Assembly (NCBI GenBank): GCA_964199315.1
Contig: OZ116699.1
Location: 1,922,001-1,986,000 of the forward strand
Length of the DNA stretch: 64,000 nucleotides
Source: Orbicella franksi
Taxonomy: Eukaryota
Direction: 5' to 3'
In this document: positions 1 through 13,744 of the stretch, one piece after another
How the letters are laid out: each line of letters begins with the position of its first letter
Numbering within the stretch: position 1 is the stretch's first letter
Position numbers and translations under genes: made by a program
Notes under the pieces: model-generated
Database searches by the model: none
What the model saw: the letters and a program-made list of their open reading frames with translations, nothing else
What the model was told of the DNA's origin: nothing

Positions 1-1074
1 GAAACGTGGTGGTATTTTTTTTCTTGAAATGTTTTTTTAAACCCGCCAAAAAATCACAAATTCGTTACAGTCCCACGTCTGATCAAAAACACGCAAAATT
101 TAGTGATTAATACCTTATCATAAACTTCGCTCTGTTCAATCCGCATCACAATAACACTCCATTTTGAGCCTGGAAACTTATTTTTGAGGGGTTTACAAGT
201 ATTTTGAGGCCAATTATACTTTTGTGGTTTTATTTTCAAGGTCACGACGAGCCGCTTAAAATCACTAAAATTCCCTTCCTCAAAATTCTTAATTTTGCAC
301 ACTTTTTCAACCGGCAAATTCACTACCCGGTGAAACACCAAAACACCTAAAATTCTAACATTTCGAAAGAAGAAATGTCAGTGTATATTCTGGTATAAAA
401 TTTATTTTCGAGCCTTTCTTTAGCGCTGAATACTAACGCTCTCATGATCGTGATAATCACAACACCAACCAGCTAAAAACGAAAACAATAGGCAAGTGTC
501 TGTGACCAGATAATCAAAAGGAACGTGAATATGTCTTCTTGCATTTGATTTCCTTGGTGTTTGGACTTAAACTATATGGCATAAAAGTCATGTTTAGCTC
601 ACCTTCTGTAAGATATTACATTCAAATATTAAGTGCTGGTGTATTCAGAATCCTACACGATAACCATTGCGACACGTGGAGTTCGGCAAAGTACATCATC
701 TTCTTATTGACATTCAATCAATGACTCCGAGATAATCCGCTACATTCCTATCTCTTGTTCTTAAACAGCAATCCATGAAAGTTAGGAAGCCTTCCAGCGT
801 CAGTCCCTTGCTTGCTAAAGCGAAATACTTATGGGCTGTTCTGCCTGCGGCTCGTGTTTTCTATACATCTCCCTCTTGTTCTCAAATGCCCGTCATATTT
901 TATGATGATACCCACTTGTATTTCAGTCTTTTGTCAAGCTAATGTTGCTTTTTGACCAAACGAACGAACAAAAAATCAAACAAACAAACAAAGACAAGCA
1001 AACTTTTCAGTTTTAAAATTAACTCATTATCTTCTCAAGTTTTAAGTTTGTCCTAAATAAATTGTAGTGTTGTG

Positions 1075-1220
1075 AATGACACTCTGCTCAAAGCAGTAAT
1101 AACCATTTTAACGACTGATTCTGGAGAGCTGGTACACCGACTTTGAGAAATCACCTCTTGACAGATGCCTTACAGACGACTTATTTACGACATAAACAAA
1201 GCCGAAGGACGGACTTAATG
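1075..1220 (+). mobile_element. Degenerate 3' end of a Penelope-like (GIY-YIG) retroelement
   Basis: Translates, with a stop and a small deletion, as ...NHF*RLILESWYTDFEKSPLDRC/PYRRLIYDIN. This resembles from memory the 'RLxLESWxTN...PLNRC...PYKRLI' tail of cnidarian Penelope-type ORFs. No database search was run. Confidence 0.5.
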
Positions 1221-1349
1221 ACCGGTGGCTTAGTTGTATAATAAGTTCCGCCCACCCTTATTGACACCATACGCACATGTAAATAACATGATCATGACAC
1301 AACAGATTGCTTTTACGGGTGATTGCTATCATGATTAAAGGATGACATT

Positions 1350-2075
1350 GCAAAATTTGGTACTTGAGGTAATGAGATGTTTAACCCGCAAACTGAGGAT
1401 CAAATTGAATGCGTTGGGTGGAAACACGCATCGCCGTTATATGGGTCTGTTTTTAGCGAACAAAAGACCGCAATCAACACTTGTGGAATGGTGTTTTCTA
1501 CATTTCTCGAGTGTTCTCAAATCTCCGGAGTGTTTTGTCACAGTATAATGCACGGCTTAGGCTTCTTTATTTGCTATATGATATAGAGGTAATGTGGCGT
1601 AAAACAATAAAACACGCTTTTTCTACTTTTTATACTCTATTAGAAAACAGTCCAAAGAAAATACGCGCGCTGATTGGTTAAAAATCGTGTTTCTATTAAA
1701 CAATTAGATTATGAGCTCGAGATTTCTATCACGCATAGAAATCGAGAGGGAATAATCTAATTGTTTCAGTATAAATCTACTAGTCGTTCAAAAATTTATT
1801 TAAATCCTCTTCACAGACAAATGCACTTCAAAACGGCAAGAAACGGCCGTCATTTTGTTAACAAGGGCTCACGTCTACGCTACTCACTATCTATCACAGA
1901 ATAGATAGTGAGTAGCGCAGCCAATCAGAGAACGGCATTCGTGAAAGAACGTTAGTAGATTTATACTGAAACTCGATAGAAACACGATACATGTTTTCTA
2001 TTTCTTAAAGAAAACATGGGATTTGAACCAATCAAAGCGCGCGCAAGGTCCTATCTATATTATAATAAATAATAA
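1350..2075. repeat. Interspersed non-coding repeat cluster (coral-type non-autonomous elements)
   Basis: No coherent ORF. Motifs such as 'ataaaacacg...tttctac...ttttatactct' and 'gaccaatcagagcgcgcg' recur in diverged form at about 33040-33320 and 38700-38910. Confidence 0.45.
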
Positions 2076-2222
2076 GATAGTGTAGTTTGAGGTTCCTGGT
2101 GCTGAAAATTCCACTTGCGTTTTGATCAGTTTTCCATTGATTCACAACTATAGTATAAACTAGCGCGGCCGCATTTTTTCCTTAAGAATAATTATTTTCC
2201 TTCGTCACTGACATATTTCTAG

Positions 2223-5200
2223 CTTCAGAATATTACCTTAGTGAACCAAAGGCTGAACCATGCAAGCATCTGTGTTTTACTGGAGATCCCACACTTGAAG
2301 AAAGAATTGATTTACAGGAGCTAAGCACGATATCGCCTTGTGGAATACAGCAAAGGCTGCAAGCAAATGCGACAGCATTAAGGTATGCATGCATTGAACA
2401 CTTTGGGAAATATTTATACACATTTTTATTTGGGCACAACTCACCCTTACTTCAGAAAAGCATCCGTACATTCAAAACACGATCTCATCAGAAGTCAACT
2501 CTATCCTTTGCAAAGTCATCAATTCTCGCACACTACAAGTCGAAGTTGTCGCTTTATTTCTTTAGCGGGAAAAGATTAGGAAAAGGTTTCCACAAATAGA
2601 GCTAGTCTCTGAAAACATATTCTTTGCTTTGTTAGAAATTTGTCTTCACCCCAGTTTAAGGAAGAGGAATCACCATACTTTGCCAAAACAGGTAACTGAA
2701 TTAATAATGCTCCGCGTGAATGCGTCATTAATTTCAGCTGGAAATATTCACTCTTTATTTCAAAAATAAATTGGCGCTTATGTCCCATGCACAGGCATTT
2801 CTCTGCCATCTGTAAGTTTTAGGATTGAGAAAGAACGAGTCATTGAGAAGTTTTACAACTGCCCTCAAGTTAAATTTATACATGCATTACTTCAAAAACG
2901 TTAAGGTCTTCTTTGCATTAAATTAATACGAAATTCACGTAATCTTGAAAGTTTTTATTTGTAGCTAGACCCTGAGATTGTGCTGGAAACTAATCAGTGG
3001 CTGTTCTTCCTAACTCGCGATCGTTTATTTCCAGGATTGACCGACATATCCAATTTCTCCTCATGATATCAATATCATGATGGGTTATGGCAATTAAAAA
3101 AAATTCGTCTGCCTCAACTAGTTGGGGGATATTGCTTTGTATCAGTCAAGTTCTTATGTGAACTAACATTACAAGTAACTTGTTTTAGATACTTCCAGCT
3201 AATGAATGAGAAGTTCTCTTAGTCTTGAAGTCTTCTAGCCTTCAATACTTCCTTCTATATCGCCTTATTAAAAGGTTTCCGTGTAACTGCAAGGAACAGC
3301 AGCTGCACGCTTTGGAAAATGACCTTTGAGCTCTTCCTTTTTGATATTAAAGACCACACGTCATCAAGAGAGGAGGAGAATAACGATCAGTCAGGGAGAA
3401 ACACTGAAAACGCAAACAAAAGGAAAGCACAGCAGAGTCCAATCACCAGTTACTTCAAAGAAAGGAAAACTGTTCAAGGGAACGATGCTAAGAGAGCACA
3501 AACAGCGGACACAGGTAAATAAACTTATATTATCCACCAGTCCTTTAAGACCGTATTCGATTACTTACACTGCGAAGGAATTTTTCCAGTAGCGTCACAA
3601 AATAGCAAACCTGAGTTTCCAAAGGCGCTTTTAACACTAAAAGTATCATACTTTTGCTTATGCTGATAGTGCGGCTAAAGTTCTTAACGACAAATTTAAG
3701 TCGAGCATTTTCAGACCTTCAAGATCCTACTTTTAAAATCTGTAAATTCTTTCACTCACTCAGTTATATTGATGGCTACGCACTGCTTTCGTTCACTGCG
3801 TATTCCATGCTAAACTCAATGAGTCGCAATGCCTGGTTTCATTTATTAAGAGAGAATTCATCGACAGTTTATCGTTTCCGCAGAAACTACACCGAAAGAG
3901 AACGTCACCAAGAATCAAAAGCGAGGGAGTAAAACGTGGGAAAATCAGCCTATTAAAGTCTCGACGATGAGTCTAGGTCAAAGAGAGGTGTTTAAACAGA
4001 ACCTCAAATCAGCAGAAGAGGTCGCGTGCACTCTGGTTTATGAAGACGGGTGGTCGCTCTTAAGACCGAACAAACAACAAGTATGTCATATCGTGGTGTA
4101 ACCACAGAGGCATACTGGTATGCAGAACACAATACTGTGTTGAGATCTTATTTAAAGAATTTACATAGGTATCAAGCTATATCCTATACTTTCTGGGCCA
4201 TCAAGTGATGTCAGTACATGCAAGTTTTTACCTTGCTCGATTTCTTGTGTCTCTCACTCTAGAGAAGTGGCTTTTCGGGTTTCGAGCACAGGCTTATTTC
4301 TTAGTGCTGCTGATGAATACGAAACCCAAACAGGTCAAGACTATTTATAATTTCAGTAACTGCTATATATACAGTGCTTGTTGAGTTGTGTACTCTAATT
4401 ATAGAAAACGAAGAAACAAGTCCAAGAAGCCTCTGGCAAAAAGGTACCAATAAGGCATTGACTCATTTTCACTGCTTTCTCTGCTCATTTTCCTAAACAA
4501 GAGGTTCGAGGCACTGCTTAAACAGACTATACATAAAAGAACCTTGATTTAGCTGTGTATTTGAGCTTACAGGCTCCTGCCATGGTTGTTGCACTACCTT
4601 GGTCTGAAACGACTTCAAGTACCATTGATTCCTCACAAGGCCGACTAACGTTCGTGGAAATTCCTATAGACACAGCGGAGGATTCTTTAACAAACTGGTG
4701 CAGGTATGATGGAGAATAATGCCTCTTATATAGTGCAAACTTAAAATGTAGTAGGAAAACATTAATAAGAAATATAATAAATTGTTCTTTTTTGTTGACG
4801 TAAAAAGGTGCCCCAGCTACAAAGTACCACTTGCACCTAAAAAGTTTATATTAGATATCCTAGTTTGAAATCTAGTTAGTTTATGGCTTATAAACTACGC
4901 AGCGCAATGTTGTTAATATTAAGAGCCCGTTCACTGCCTCAAAGTCAGTATGTTACAGTTTTTCAGTACAGACTGTGAGTTAACAACCAAGTTACTTGTG
5001 TTTCTTTATGTACACAGTCAAGGTATTCAACCCGAAATCATGCATGGCATCGCAGTTTTAGTCAAGTTGTGGGCGGGGACAACTGAGGACTGTAATGCGA
5101 AATATTGCATTGTTATCTTTCAATATGCGCTCCTTTCCAGTCTTCCAACTGCTCCCTTCCTGTTGCACCTCAATACGACTAATAAGAAACTCAACATTTC

Positions 5201-8200
5201 GTTATTTTCGTGGTACTTTGTTTCACTGTGAAGTTAATCATGATTGTATATCATATTTGAATAGGAGAGTAGTGGATGATCTAATGACGTCATCATCGAC
5301 CAGGAAAATCTGCTTCGATTCCCAGAAAATAGTTCGGTATCTTGTGGAGACAACACATTATGACGTCAAAAAAGGTAACGTGTGCTTGCTGCAGACATAC
5401 ATTACGTCCGTCTTAAGACATTCAAGAGTAACAATCAACTGAAAAGCTGACCTGCCAATTTAAAAAAAAAGCATTGTGGCGTTCATCGTATTGGCTGAGA
5501 TAAACAGTCCAAAGTACCGTTTAATTGACAACAAAATCAATAGACATAAATAAGATGCACGTTGTTTCAAGTGGTTTTTCTTGAAACGTTACGCCTCGCT
5601 CTCTTTAAAACCATACCTGCGTTGATAACTTTCTTTCTTCACTCCGCAGTTTGTCTCAGGTGGCGTCTTCTTGATCCTAGAATAGCTGCTTGGCTATTAA
5701 ACCCGGACAACCCGCCAGGAACCTTTGCAGACGTTCTTGCATCCGTCCAGCTCAGACTTCCAGAGGTACACTAGCTACATTTATATGGTCCCAAGAGAGT
5801 ATTAAAGATGATTTGAAATCTCTTGACTGTGCGTCTGAGATGACTATGTTGTTTACTTCACAGAGTGGGGCAGAGGATGATTCAATGATTTGCCAAGATG
5901 TTGCGATGCTTGGGCCTCTCATGGTGAAACAATATGGGAAGCTTAAGGTAAGTACGCAAGTCTGAAATTTTCGCTTTCCACTGTCCTCATTTTTGGAAAA
6001 ATTAGGAACTATGTCGGGAGGGGGGCGGAGAACTCAACTCCAGCTGTCAAACTCTGTCTTTTTCAACTGGCAGGTACAGCACAAATATAATACAACATCT
6101 GAGTTGCATGTAACTGCTAAACAACACGGTAACTTTTTTCTTCCAGATGCTATCACTCTGGGACTTGTTCATCAGCATCGAGACACCGCTCTGTTCAGTT
6201 TTAGCAGGTAATGCGAAAGCTAATTTGATTTCACGATGATTCATTCCGTGACATTCCGATCAATTGGCAATAAACGCTTTCTTTATTGGCGACGATCTTT
6301 TGAAACCAAAACTTAGCTAATATGATTTTTCCTGCTATTGTATATCTTGTAAAACGAGAAATATAACCTTACTTTTTGCTTTACCAAGTAATGGAAACTC
6401 AAGGAATCGGAATCAACTCTCAAGTCTTGATTGAAGCCAGCAATACCCTTAAGGTAAATTCATAGCTTTATGCTTACAACCATGTTGTTTTTTTAAAACC
6501 AAAGCCGTTTTTTTAACAACAGTCTTGTCTGCACGGAATGCGAACGAAATGGTCTCTTTGGTTCATAATCTCTACATTAAAACTATGGTGAAAATTTCTA
6601 TACTCCAAAGCCAGCCTGTATAAAATTAATATCAGCTAATTGAATCACATTTCATTTCAGATGAAAATTGTAAAGGTCGAAGCAGAAGCCCACAAGGTAA
6701 GGTAGACTGAAGTAACCATACGGTTTGGCGTACAGCTGATACCAAGTGTTCATATCCTAGTAAAACTCTCATCCGAATTGGTTTTATGAATACATCAATG
6801 ACCAAGGCGGTCATTTCCAGCCCCTGCGTCGCAAAACGTTTGTTCATAGCAACAATAAAATGAGTGCACTTGATTTTCTTAATTTGCAGGCTGCAGGGCA
6901 TCCTTTTCTTATCAACAGTCCTCAGCAGCTGAGAGAGGTGAGTTAACTTATAGCGAATAAAGGTCCATTCTAATTAGAGATGTAATTACTCGCTGTACGT
7001 TATTGGATGGAATCCAGCTTTATGACGCTGATGTCTACTATTTTGTAAGGTAAACAGTTGTCTTTGGATTTTCTAGGATTTCTTTTGAATCTGAGTATAG
7101 AAGCGACGAAAGCTATTCAGCTTAATTTCCTTTAACTGATTCTTCTGCCTCTTTTAAAGGTGCTGTTTGAAGAGCTGAGACTAGACCAAAAATGTAAGAA
7201 GAAGCTTGCAAGAACCACAATCAAGAATTACAAATCCACCTCAGAAGCTGTGGTAAGTATATGGCACACTGAATTTAGTACACATAAATTATATGAATTA
7301 CTAGTTGCTTAAATTACGGCCTTCCTTTCGGTTTTTCCTTATTGCATTCCCCTTATCTGAAATACATCGCCTTCTTCTTTGCGTATAGGCGGATCGTCTT
7401 TGGCTATCCAAGTTTAGATTACACATTTTCTCTTCTTGCACCTCATCAGTGTTTACCGAAAAATCAATGTCGATGCACATTTGTTGTTTTTTTTTTGTTT
7501 GCTTATCTTTACAGCTGCTTCACCTGCAAGAGTTTCATCCATTACCAAAGCTTGTTCTGCAGTACAGACATGTATGTTTCGTTGAAGTTATATGAATATC
7601 TTCACAGGGCGGGGTGGGGACAGCTCAGAGTCTGGACTACTCACAGGCATACACTGTACTCTGTAGTGAGTAATTGCTCAAGTTTGACCGAGCTAAGCGA
7701 CTATGCGGCAATATCACGAAACGCAATGTAAGTAAACTTGAGAGCAAGTGTGATATTCACTGGAACAAACCCTACATCTGTTCACCTGTAAGTGGCCATG
7801 TAAACGTCCTCGTTCATGTCTGTTTTTTATTTTTGTCGACAGTTGGTAAAACTAAAGTCGACGTACTTTGATGGAATACTCTCACATGTCCATGAGGTAA
7901 ATGCCACTTTCTTTCCCGAAACATAAATCCGGCAAATGCAACAATACCGGCTCTTCAGGTTATGTAATCATAGTTTTTGATTGCTGTTATCTCCTTTTTC
8001 CTGCAGGGAATTCTTTTAACAAGCTGGTGAGTTCGTTGAGAGATACAAATTAGTACTCACTGATTAGTACGGCTTTTTACGGATTTAAATTTCTGATCAT
8101 TTGAACATTTCAATTGCCTCAACTGACACCAACTGACCAGAGACCTGACGAAGGGGTGTGCACATGTAAATGCCAGAAAAAGAGTCTGAAAAATCTAAAT

Positions 8201-11200
8201 GTAATGAATATACATGCCGTAAGGCTCATAATCGGGGAATATGGACTGATCAGAAAGTGTTTGTTTTTTTGGTTTGTTAGTTAATGCATATTTACGCGAT
8301 AACCAGCTAAGTCATTCGTCTTATTTGCAGGGACCAAACAGCAGCGGCCACTGGAAGACTAACGTCAGCAAATCCAGTAAGTGCTGTGTGGCTTGCTGCT
8401 GTATATCGATCTTACTTCAACTTCTTTTTGTAAGTAAACCTTTCCCAATCTCGATCCAGCAATGTCATACGTTATTTCCACCACTTACCAGCATTTTCAG
8501 GTAATTAAATTGAAGTAGAAAGCAAAGTGGCCTTTCACTAAAAGCCAATACCGCAAAACTACCCAGTACTTCTATAGTATGGTGGTCACCGTGGTGTCTA
8601 CATTACAGGGGTTAATTATTATGTGTATCTTCGGTTGTCTTGTAGAACCTTCAGGCCATCCCAAAACAAGTTATAGAGGTATCTGGAATCAAGAAACAGT
8701 TCATCGTAGGTACGATAGAACATTGTTTTCCGATTCGGCTTCAGTATCAAAAGAAATGCTCTTCGACGATTTGGAACAAACTAGGAAGATATTTATGTAC
8801 GAAAAGGCTGTATCTATTAAAAAACCTTCCGTGGTCGAGGAAAACCGAATTGAAGACGAGTCTTTGATAAACATGCTCAGAGAGTTTCCTAATTCTCTTC
8901 GTGCAATCTGAATTAGCCAAGGCTCTTAAAATGCTTGTGTATTAATTTTAACTCAATTTATCTCTAGTCTGTGTCTTGTTGCCATGGGAAATGGGTGGAT
9001 GTACAGGTTACAACATTCTAAATGAAATGATACTTATTCCTCAGAAGGCTCACTGTTGCTAAAGGACGGAGCTACAAGGAAATGTAACAGATGAATGAAC
9101 AAAGTAATGCGAGTTGTCACCGAAGGAAAGTCTCCATCTTCTAGACACTGGTTATTCTGAAACCCTTCTTTCATCATCTTTAGGCAAACCGGAAGAAGTG
9201 GTAACCATTTATGCACGGGACGCTTACACAAGTAGAGAAGGCTGGTTATTACTTGCGGCAGGTATTTGGTATTGAATGATTATGTTACTTTAGTTACGCA
9301 CGCCTGCTTGTGACCACAGTAAAATATCTTCTCAGTAATTGACCGGCTGTGGTCTATTTCTAGATTTTCAGTCCATTGAGCTTCGCTTACTGTCCCACCT
9401 GTCCGGAGACCCGTCGCTGATACAGATCTTCAACGACAAACAATGTGCAGACGTATTTACCACACTTGCCTCACAGTGGTAATGTAATAATTTGATTGCT
9501 CTTTCAAAAATGTTCTCGTTTTTACTTTATTTACTATTTGCATTCCCGGTACCAGAAAAAGGATCGATCATCGTGCATTGAATGAGATAATTCTAAGTTT
9601 AAACTAAAAGAAAGTTCCTCCTTATGCCTTAGAACTTTTTCTGATGTACCAAAACCGTATGTCTAGGTTGGACAAAAGCTGTGAGGAAGTTCAGTTTCAT
9701 GAGAGAGAAAGGACCAAACGAATTGTGTATTCTGTTATCTACGGTGTTGGTAAGGAGAACCCTTTACATATATACTGTTTTTTGTTTACTCCTATAAGTC
9801 CTCTCTGAGAAGCACTTGGAAGAATAGTCAACGCGTATAAATATTATATGTTTGTTTTGGTTAACAATTCGTCAATATTTGTTGTACAGGAAGCGAAAAA
9901 CTTGGGCATACCCTCAAAGTGAGTGCTGATGAAGCAAAAGGATTCATTGAGAGCTTTTTAGGTGTGTTTACAATCCCTGTCTGGCACTAGGTTTCTGCTC
10001 CTATAACAGAGATCGTTAATTTTAATTGTACTGAAAAATTCATTATCTATACTGTACTTACGTCTTTTTATGCGTATACGTTGAATAATTTCAGGGAGAT
10101 TTCCAAGAATAAAGGAATTCACCCGACGCTGTATTGAGAGTTGTCAAAGAAACGGTTTGTAACGGAGTAGTTTATGTACTAAGTTCAGAATTGCTTTGGC
10201 CATGTCCAGGTTGAATCAGCTAAATTGTAAGAGATTAGACCTCCGAGAGAAAAGCTGGTCCCACAAAGGACAAAAACTTTGCCTTTAGAGCGACATAGAA
10301 GGGCTTATAGATAGGATATCGTTTAAGTTGACAGAAGAGCCTTGCTCAACTCTACGTTTTCTGTGGCCTCACCATACGTTTGTTTTCTGTAAACAGGCTA
10401 CGTGTCCACCATTTTGAACAGAAGGCGATGGCTGCCACATATCAAGTCTTATGATTTCACCCAAAGATCGCAGGCTGAACGACAGGCTGTCAATTTTATC
10501 GTGCAGGGTTTGTGCGTGTGTAGATTTAATCACCTCTGTTGAACATAACTCCCATGTCTGTCAAAGTTCTTAAAAGTGGTCTCAACATTTTCCCTGAATG
10601 CTGAATAAATACCTGAATTTAACATTTCCCCCTGGCTTCGGATCCATGCAACTTCCTGAAATTTGAACATTTCCATCTAGTCGAAAGTCTCTGGCATTCC
10701 ATCTTAGTTGATATCTCACTGGTTGAATTACCTCACTGGTACGTTCCAAAACGCTTTTAAACCCGGTTCCAAGGCCTTTTCTTTTAAAGGCTTTTTAAAA
10801 ACTGATCAGGCTCGTTGATTTGTAACATTTTGTTTGAATTTAAGGTTCTGCCGCCGATATTTGTAAAGCAGCGATGATTCAGGTCATAAGTGCCATAAGC
10901 GAGGATACCTCTCTGCACGCAAGGTAAAGAACTGTTTTGATGAAGTGTTTCATAATAAGTTGCAATGCAATATTTAAATAGACTTCAAGCTGACTTTCAG
11001 GCTTCATGGCCATCCTTAATTTGTGCTGCCCCTTTCTTTTCACACCCTCATCAAGACAGGCGATTTTTTTAATCGAGTCTTACTTCCACTCTTGCCTCCC
11101 TTTCTCATTTTTTTTTTAAACAGTCCATAGTCAGCGTTTTCTATTACTTAGCGTTTTTAAGTGTAAGTAAGCGACTAAAAACTTTTAACACCAAAATAGT

Positions 11201-11865
11201 GAGATAAAGTAACGCTGACTTGTATAAAAGCTGGTGTGTTCCGTTATTATTTTCTTTATAGACTGCTGTTACAAATACACGATGAGCTTCTATTGGAGGT
11301 CCCTGAAGATGAAATTAACAAAGTGACAGGTAGCATATCTCTGTCAGTTTTCTTATGTTTTCTACGAAACATTGCGCGGAGAATAATGTAAAATATCTGT
11401 TTATGATTGCAGCAAGCGTCAAGTCAATAATGGAATCTACAGAGAAACTTTGTGGTGGCAAGGTCAAGGTGAAGGTAATAAAAGTATTACTATTGGTGGA
11501 AGTCATAAACTGGGACTTATACTGCATGTATTCAGCGAAAACAAGGATTTTTATTGACATATAACAGACCATAGAAGAGAATGAAGTGCATGCGGCATGC
11601 TTTGGCGTAATTGGGCAAGTAATTTTAATTTTAAAAATGTTTGGCCTCTACTTAGAATTTGTACTTGTATCATACATAAGATTAAAAATTTGTGAAAACC
11701 AAACAACATCTCAAGCCAGTACGTAATCCATTTTAAAACAGCCACCAATTGAACGCTTGCATTTCTTATTCATAGGTACCACTTCCTGTGTCTATCAGTA
11801 CTGGACAGACGTGGGGACACATGGACACCTTCCCTGTTTCAATGCCGCCCCTAACGCCTTCATAA
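2223..11865 (+). CDS. POLN: DNA polymerase nu (family A, error-prone); 5' exon(s) not located
   Basis: Phase-consistent exons: 2223-2382, 2636-2691, 3353-3514, 3884-4080, 4573-4703, 5265-5374, 5650-5765, 5864-5947, 6147-6207, 6389-6453, 6661-6696, 6890-6937, 7160-7252, 7515-7571, 7843-7896, 8007-8026, 8331-8376, 8646-8709, 9184-9261, 9364-9478, 9667-9749, 9890-9961, 10095-10154, 10397-10507, 10845-10923, 11262-11329, 11413-11474, 11776-11865 (TAA). Motifs: [35 protein letters not shown], motif [11 protein letters not shown], motif [34 protein letters not shown], motif [13 protein letters not shown]-terminal [14 protein letters not shown]. These match vertebrate POLN closely. Confidence 0.93.
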
Positions 11866-12748
11866 TTAACAGCTCTGGAATGACATTTATACGCTTTCCT
11901 TGTAATAACCTTGCCCTAAATCAAAGATGGCGTAATTGTATGCCACACATTAAAATTTAACCTACTCGCTGTCTTAATGAATCAGTGTTATAACGTTTTT
12001 TCAGAGAAGAGTGGAAAAATTTCTCGTTACTTAATCAATTTTTTTTTCTCGTCGGTCCGATGCAAGGCACTGTACTTGTTGTTCAATATCACCAAACTGT
12101 AGAGCAAAGACTGCTAAAGATGAAGGGTCTTAAGTAATGTACGAAAACTGTTATTAAAACTAATTGTATAACATCGGTCATTCCAATGTAGAGGAAACGA
12201 CGCTGTTATATATCTTAGTAAATGGAAATACCGGTTAACAATTCCAATTTTGAAACACATTTGTACTTTATGCATGAATCTCTGAATTGCTAAGCATCAG
12301 GTTTTTTTTAATAAACTAAGACATAATACTGAGTCAACAGTGTTACTTATAGCTATTAAGATTAACATTTCAAACGTCTGTTGCATCAGATTTGCTTCAT
12401 TTTGAGCGTTTGAGAGCTTATCAAAGTTTTGCCATCTCATTTATCGCAGCTATTCACCTCACCTCACCTATCTTCTTCGCGCTCTGTTACGCATAAGGCC
12501 GCTATCGCAGCTATTACTGTAAATTGAATAGCTGTCTCAGTGATTGAAGAACTACTTGCAAGTACCTGATTCCTTTTTCGTGAAAATTTCGTAGGAAACG
12601 ACAACAAACAATTTGATCCTGTTTGCCTTGATCCCTTCACCTGAATAAACAACACAAGTTGTCAGGCTTCTAATTTAGGCAATGATTCCACTACCTTCTT
12701 ATCACATTTTGTGGTCGGAGGAGTTATGAATACAAAATAAAAACGCTA

Positions 12749-13744
12749 TTATGGCCTAAAAGAAAAGGTCGCAATTCCGAATAATTCGCGCTCACTCTTA
12801 GGAGAGCCCTCTGGCCATTGGTTTCTTTTCCGGAAACAACAACATATCCACAATTTAACCTCCCGTACAATCTCTTTGTAAGCTTTCCGATAATTGGAAC
12901 TGCGAAACGCATAGATAATTGGGTTAATAGCCGAGCTACAGTACAGTAAATAAATACAGAGGTAGTGTGCTTTAGGTAGCTGTCGACGAATTATAAACTT
13001 GACCACGACGAATGGAATATACCACACAAAAAACCCAACAACTTGAATAAGCAGCAGCTTTACAATCCTGCGCTTGGATTCAAAATCTTGCCCGACATCT
13101 TCGTTGCAAATCGTTTTGCTAAAATAAAGCTCCTTGATAATCCTACAGTAGCAAAACGTGATGGTACACGCGGAAAACGAAGCAAACAAAACGATAACGA
13201 CAGCATGCGAGGTCTCATTCCAAGTATACACACATTGCTCTGTCTTCTCGTCATACACAGCGTAAAGGACAGTTGGCATGTTCAGCAAAGGGCCAAAACC
13301 CGGCCACTGCAAACCAAACAGAGCCTTTCTTTAACCTCAGCTGCGCGTTCATCGGGTTTAACAAGGCGTGGTATCTCTCAACCGCTAGCACTGCACCGTC
13401 ATCGTACAAACCGATACAAGAATCGACAATCCACTCATGTTATTCATGGACAAAAACTTGCGCGAGAAATCACCAACTTTGCCTTGTGGATGAGTTAAAG
13501 AACTAAGCACAACGTAAGGCACACTCCATATTGCCGTCCATCGACCAGCAACAGCCAGATTAGCCAGTAGAAAGTTTGTTGTCGTGTGCACATGCCGGTT
13601 CTTTTTCACGGCGAAAAGCACCAAGATATTGCCAAGGAAGGCGACTATTACAAGAGCGCAGTAAATCAACACGTTAAACATGGTCTTCAATGTCATCCTT
13701 GAGCGTGCGAAAAGTATGAAATCGCTTTGAGGTATGTGGTCCAA
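12749..13744 (-). pseudogene. Rhodopsin-class (class A) GPCR, neuropeptide-receptor-like, frameshifted
   Basis: TM1 GNILV, TM2 LANLAVA(G), ERY motif (AVERYHALL) only in a shifted frame, TM6 FFVWYIP, TM7 SAINPIIYAF, helix 8 NYRKAY. A 5-bp insertion (gtgca|gtgct, about 13390) creates a TAG at 13385-13387. A second shift near 13295 restores the frame. The conserved TM2 Asp reads Gly and the TM3 Cys is lost (GDFSRKF). A possible extra 3' exon exists (donor 12795, acceptor 12641, stop 12552). Confidence 0.85.

Noticed and set aside
720-830. Minus-strand frame SKGLTLEGFLTFMDCCLRTRDRNVADYLGVID*, faintly EF-hand/PLC-like
   Set aside because: A single short frame with no supporting neighbouring exons.
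4277-4327. Hammerhead-ribozyme-like hairpin (gggtttcg-agcac...gtgct-g-CTGATGA-atac-GAAA-ccc)
   Set aside because: Only 4 nt lie between CTGATGA and GAAA, so there is no stem II, and stem I pairing at the cleavage site fails. At best a degenerate relic.
8579-8911. 110-aa ORF overlapping a POLN exon
   Set aside because: It is an off-frame reading of exon 8646-8709 running into the intron, with no recognisable domain.
13043-13498. 151-aa plus-strand ORF
   Set aside because: Antisense shadow of the GPCR coding sequence.
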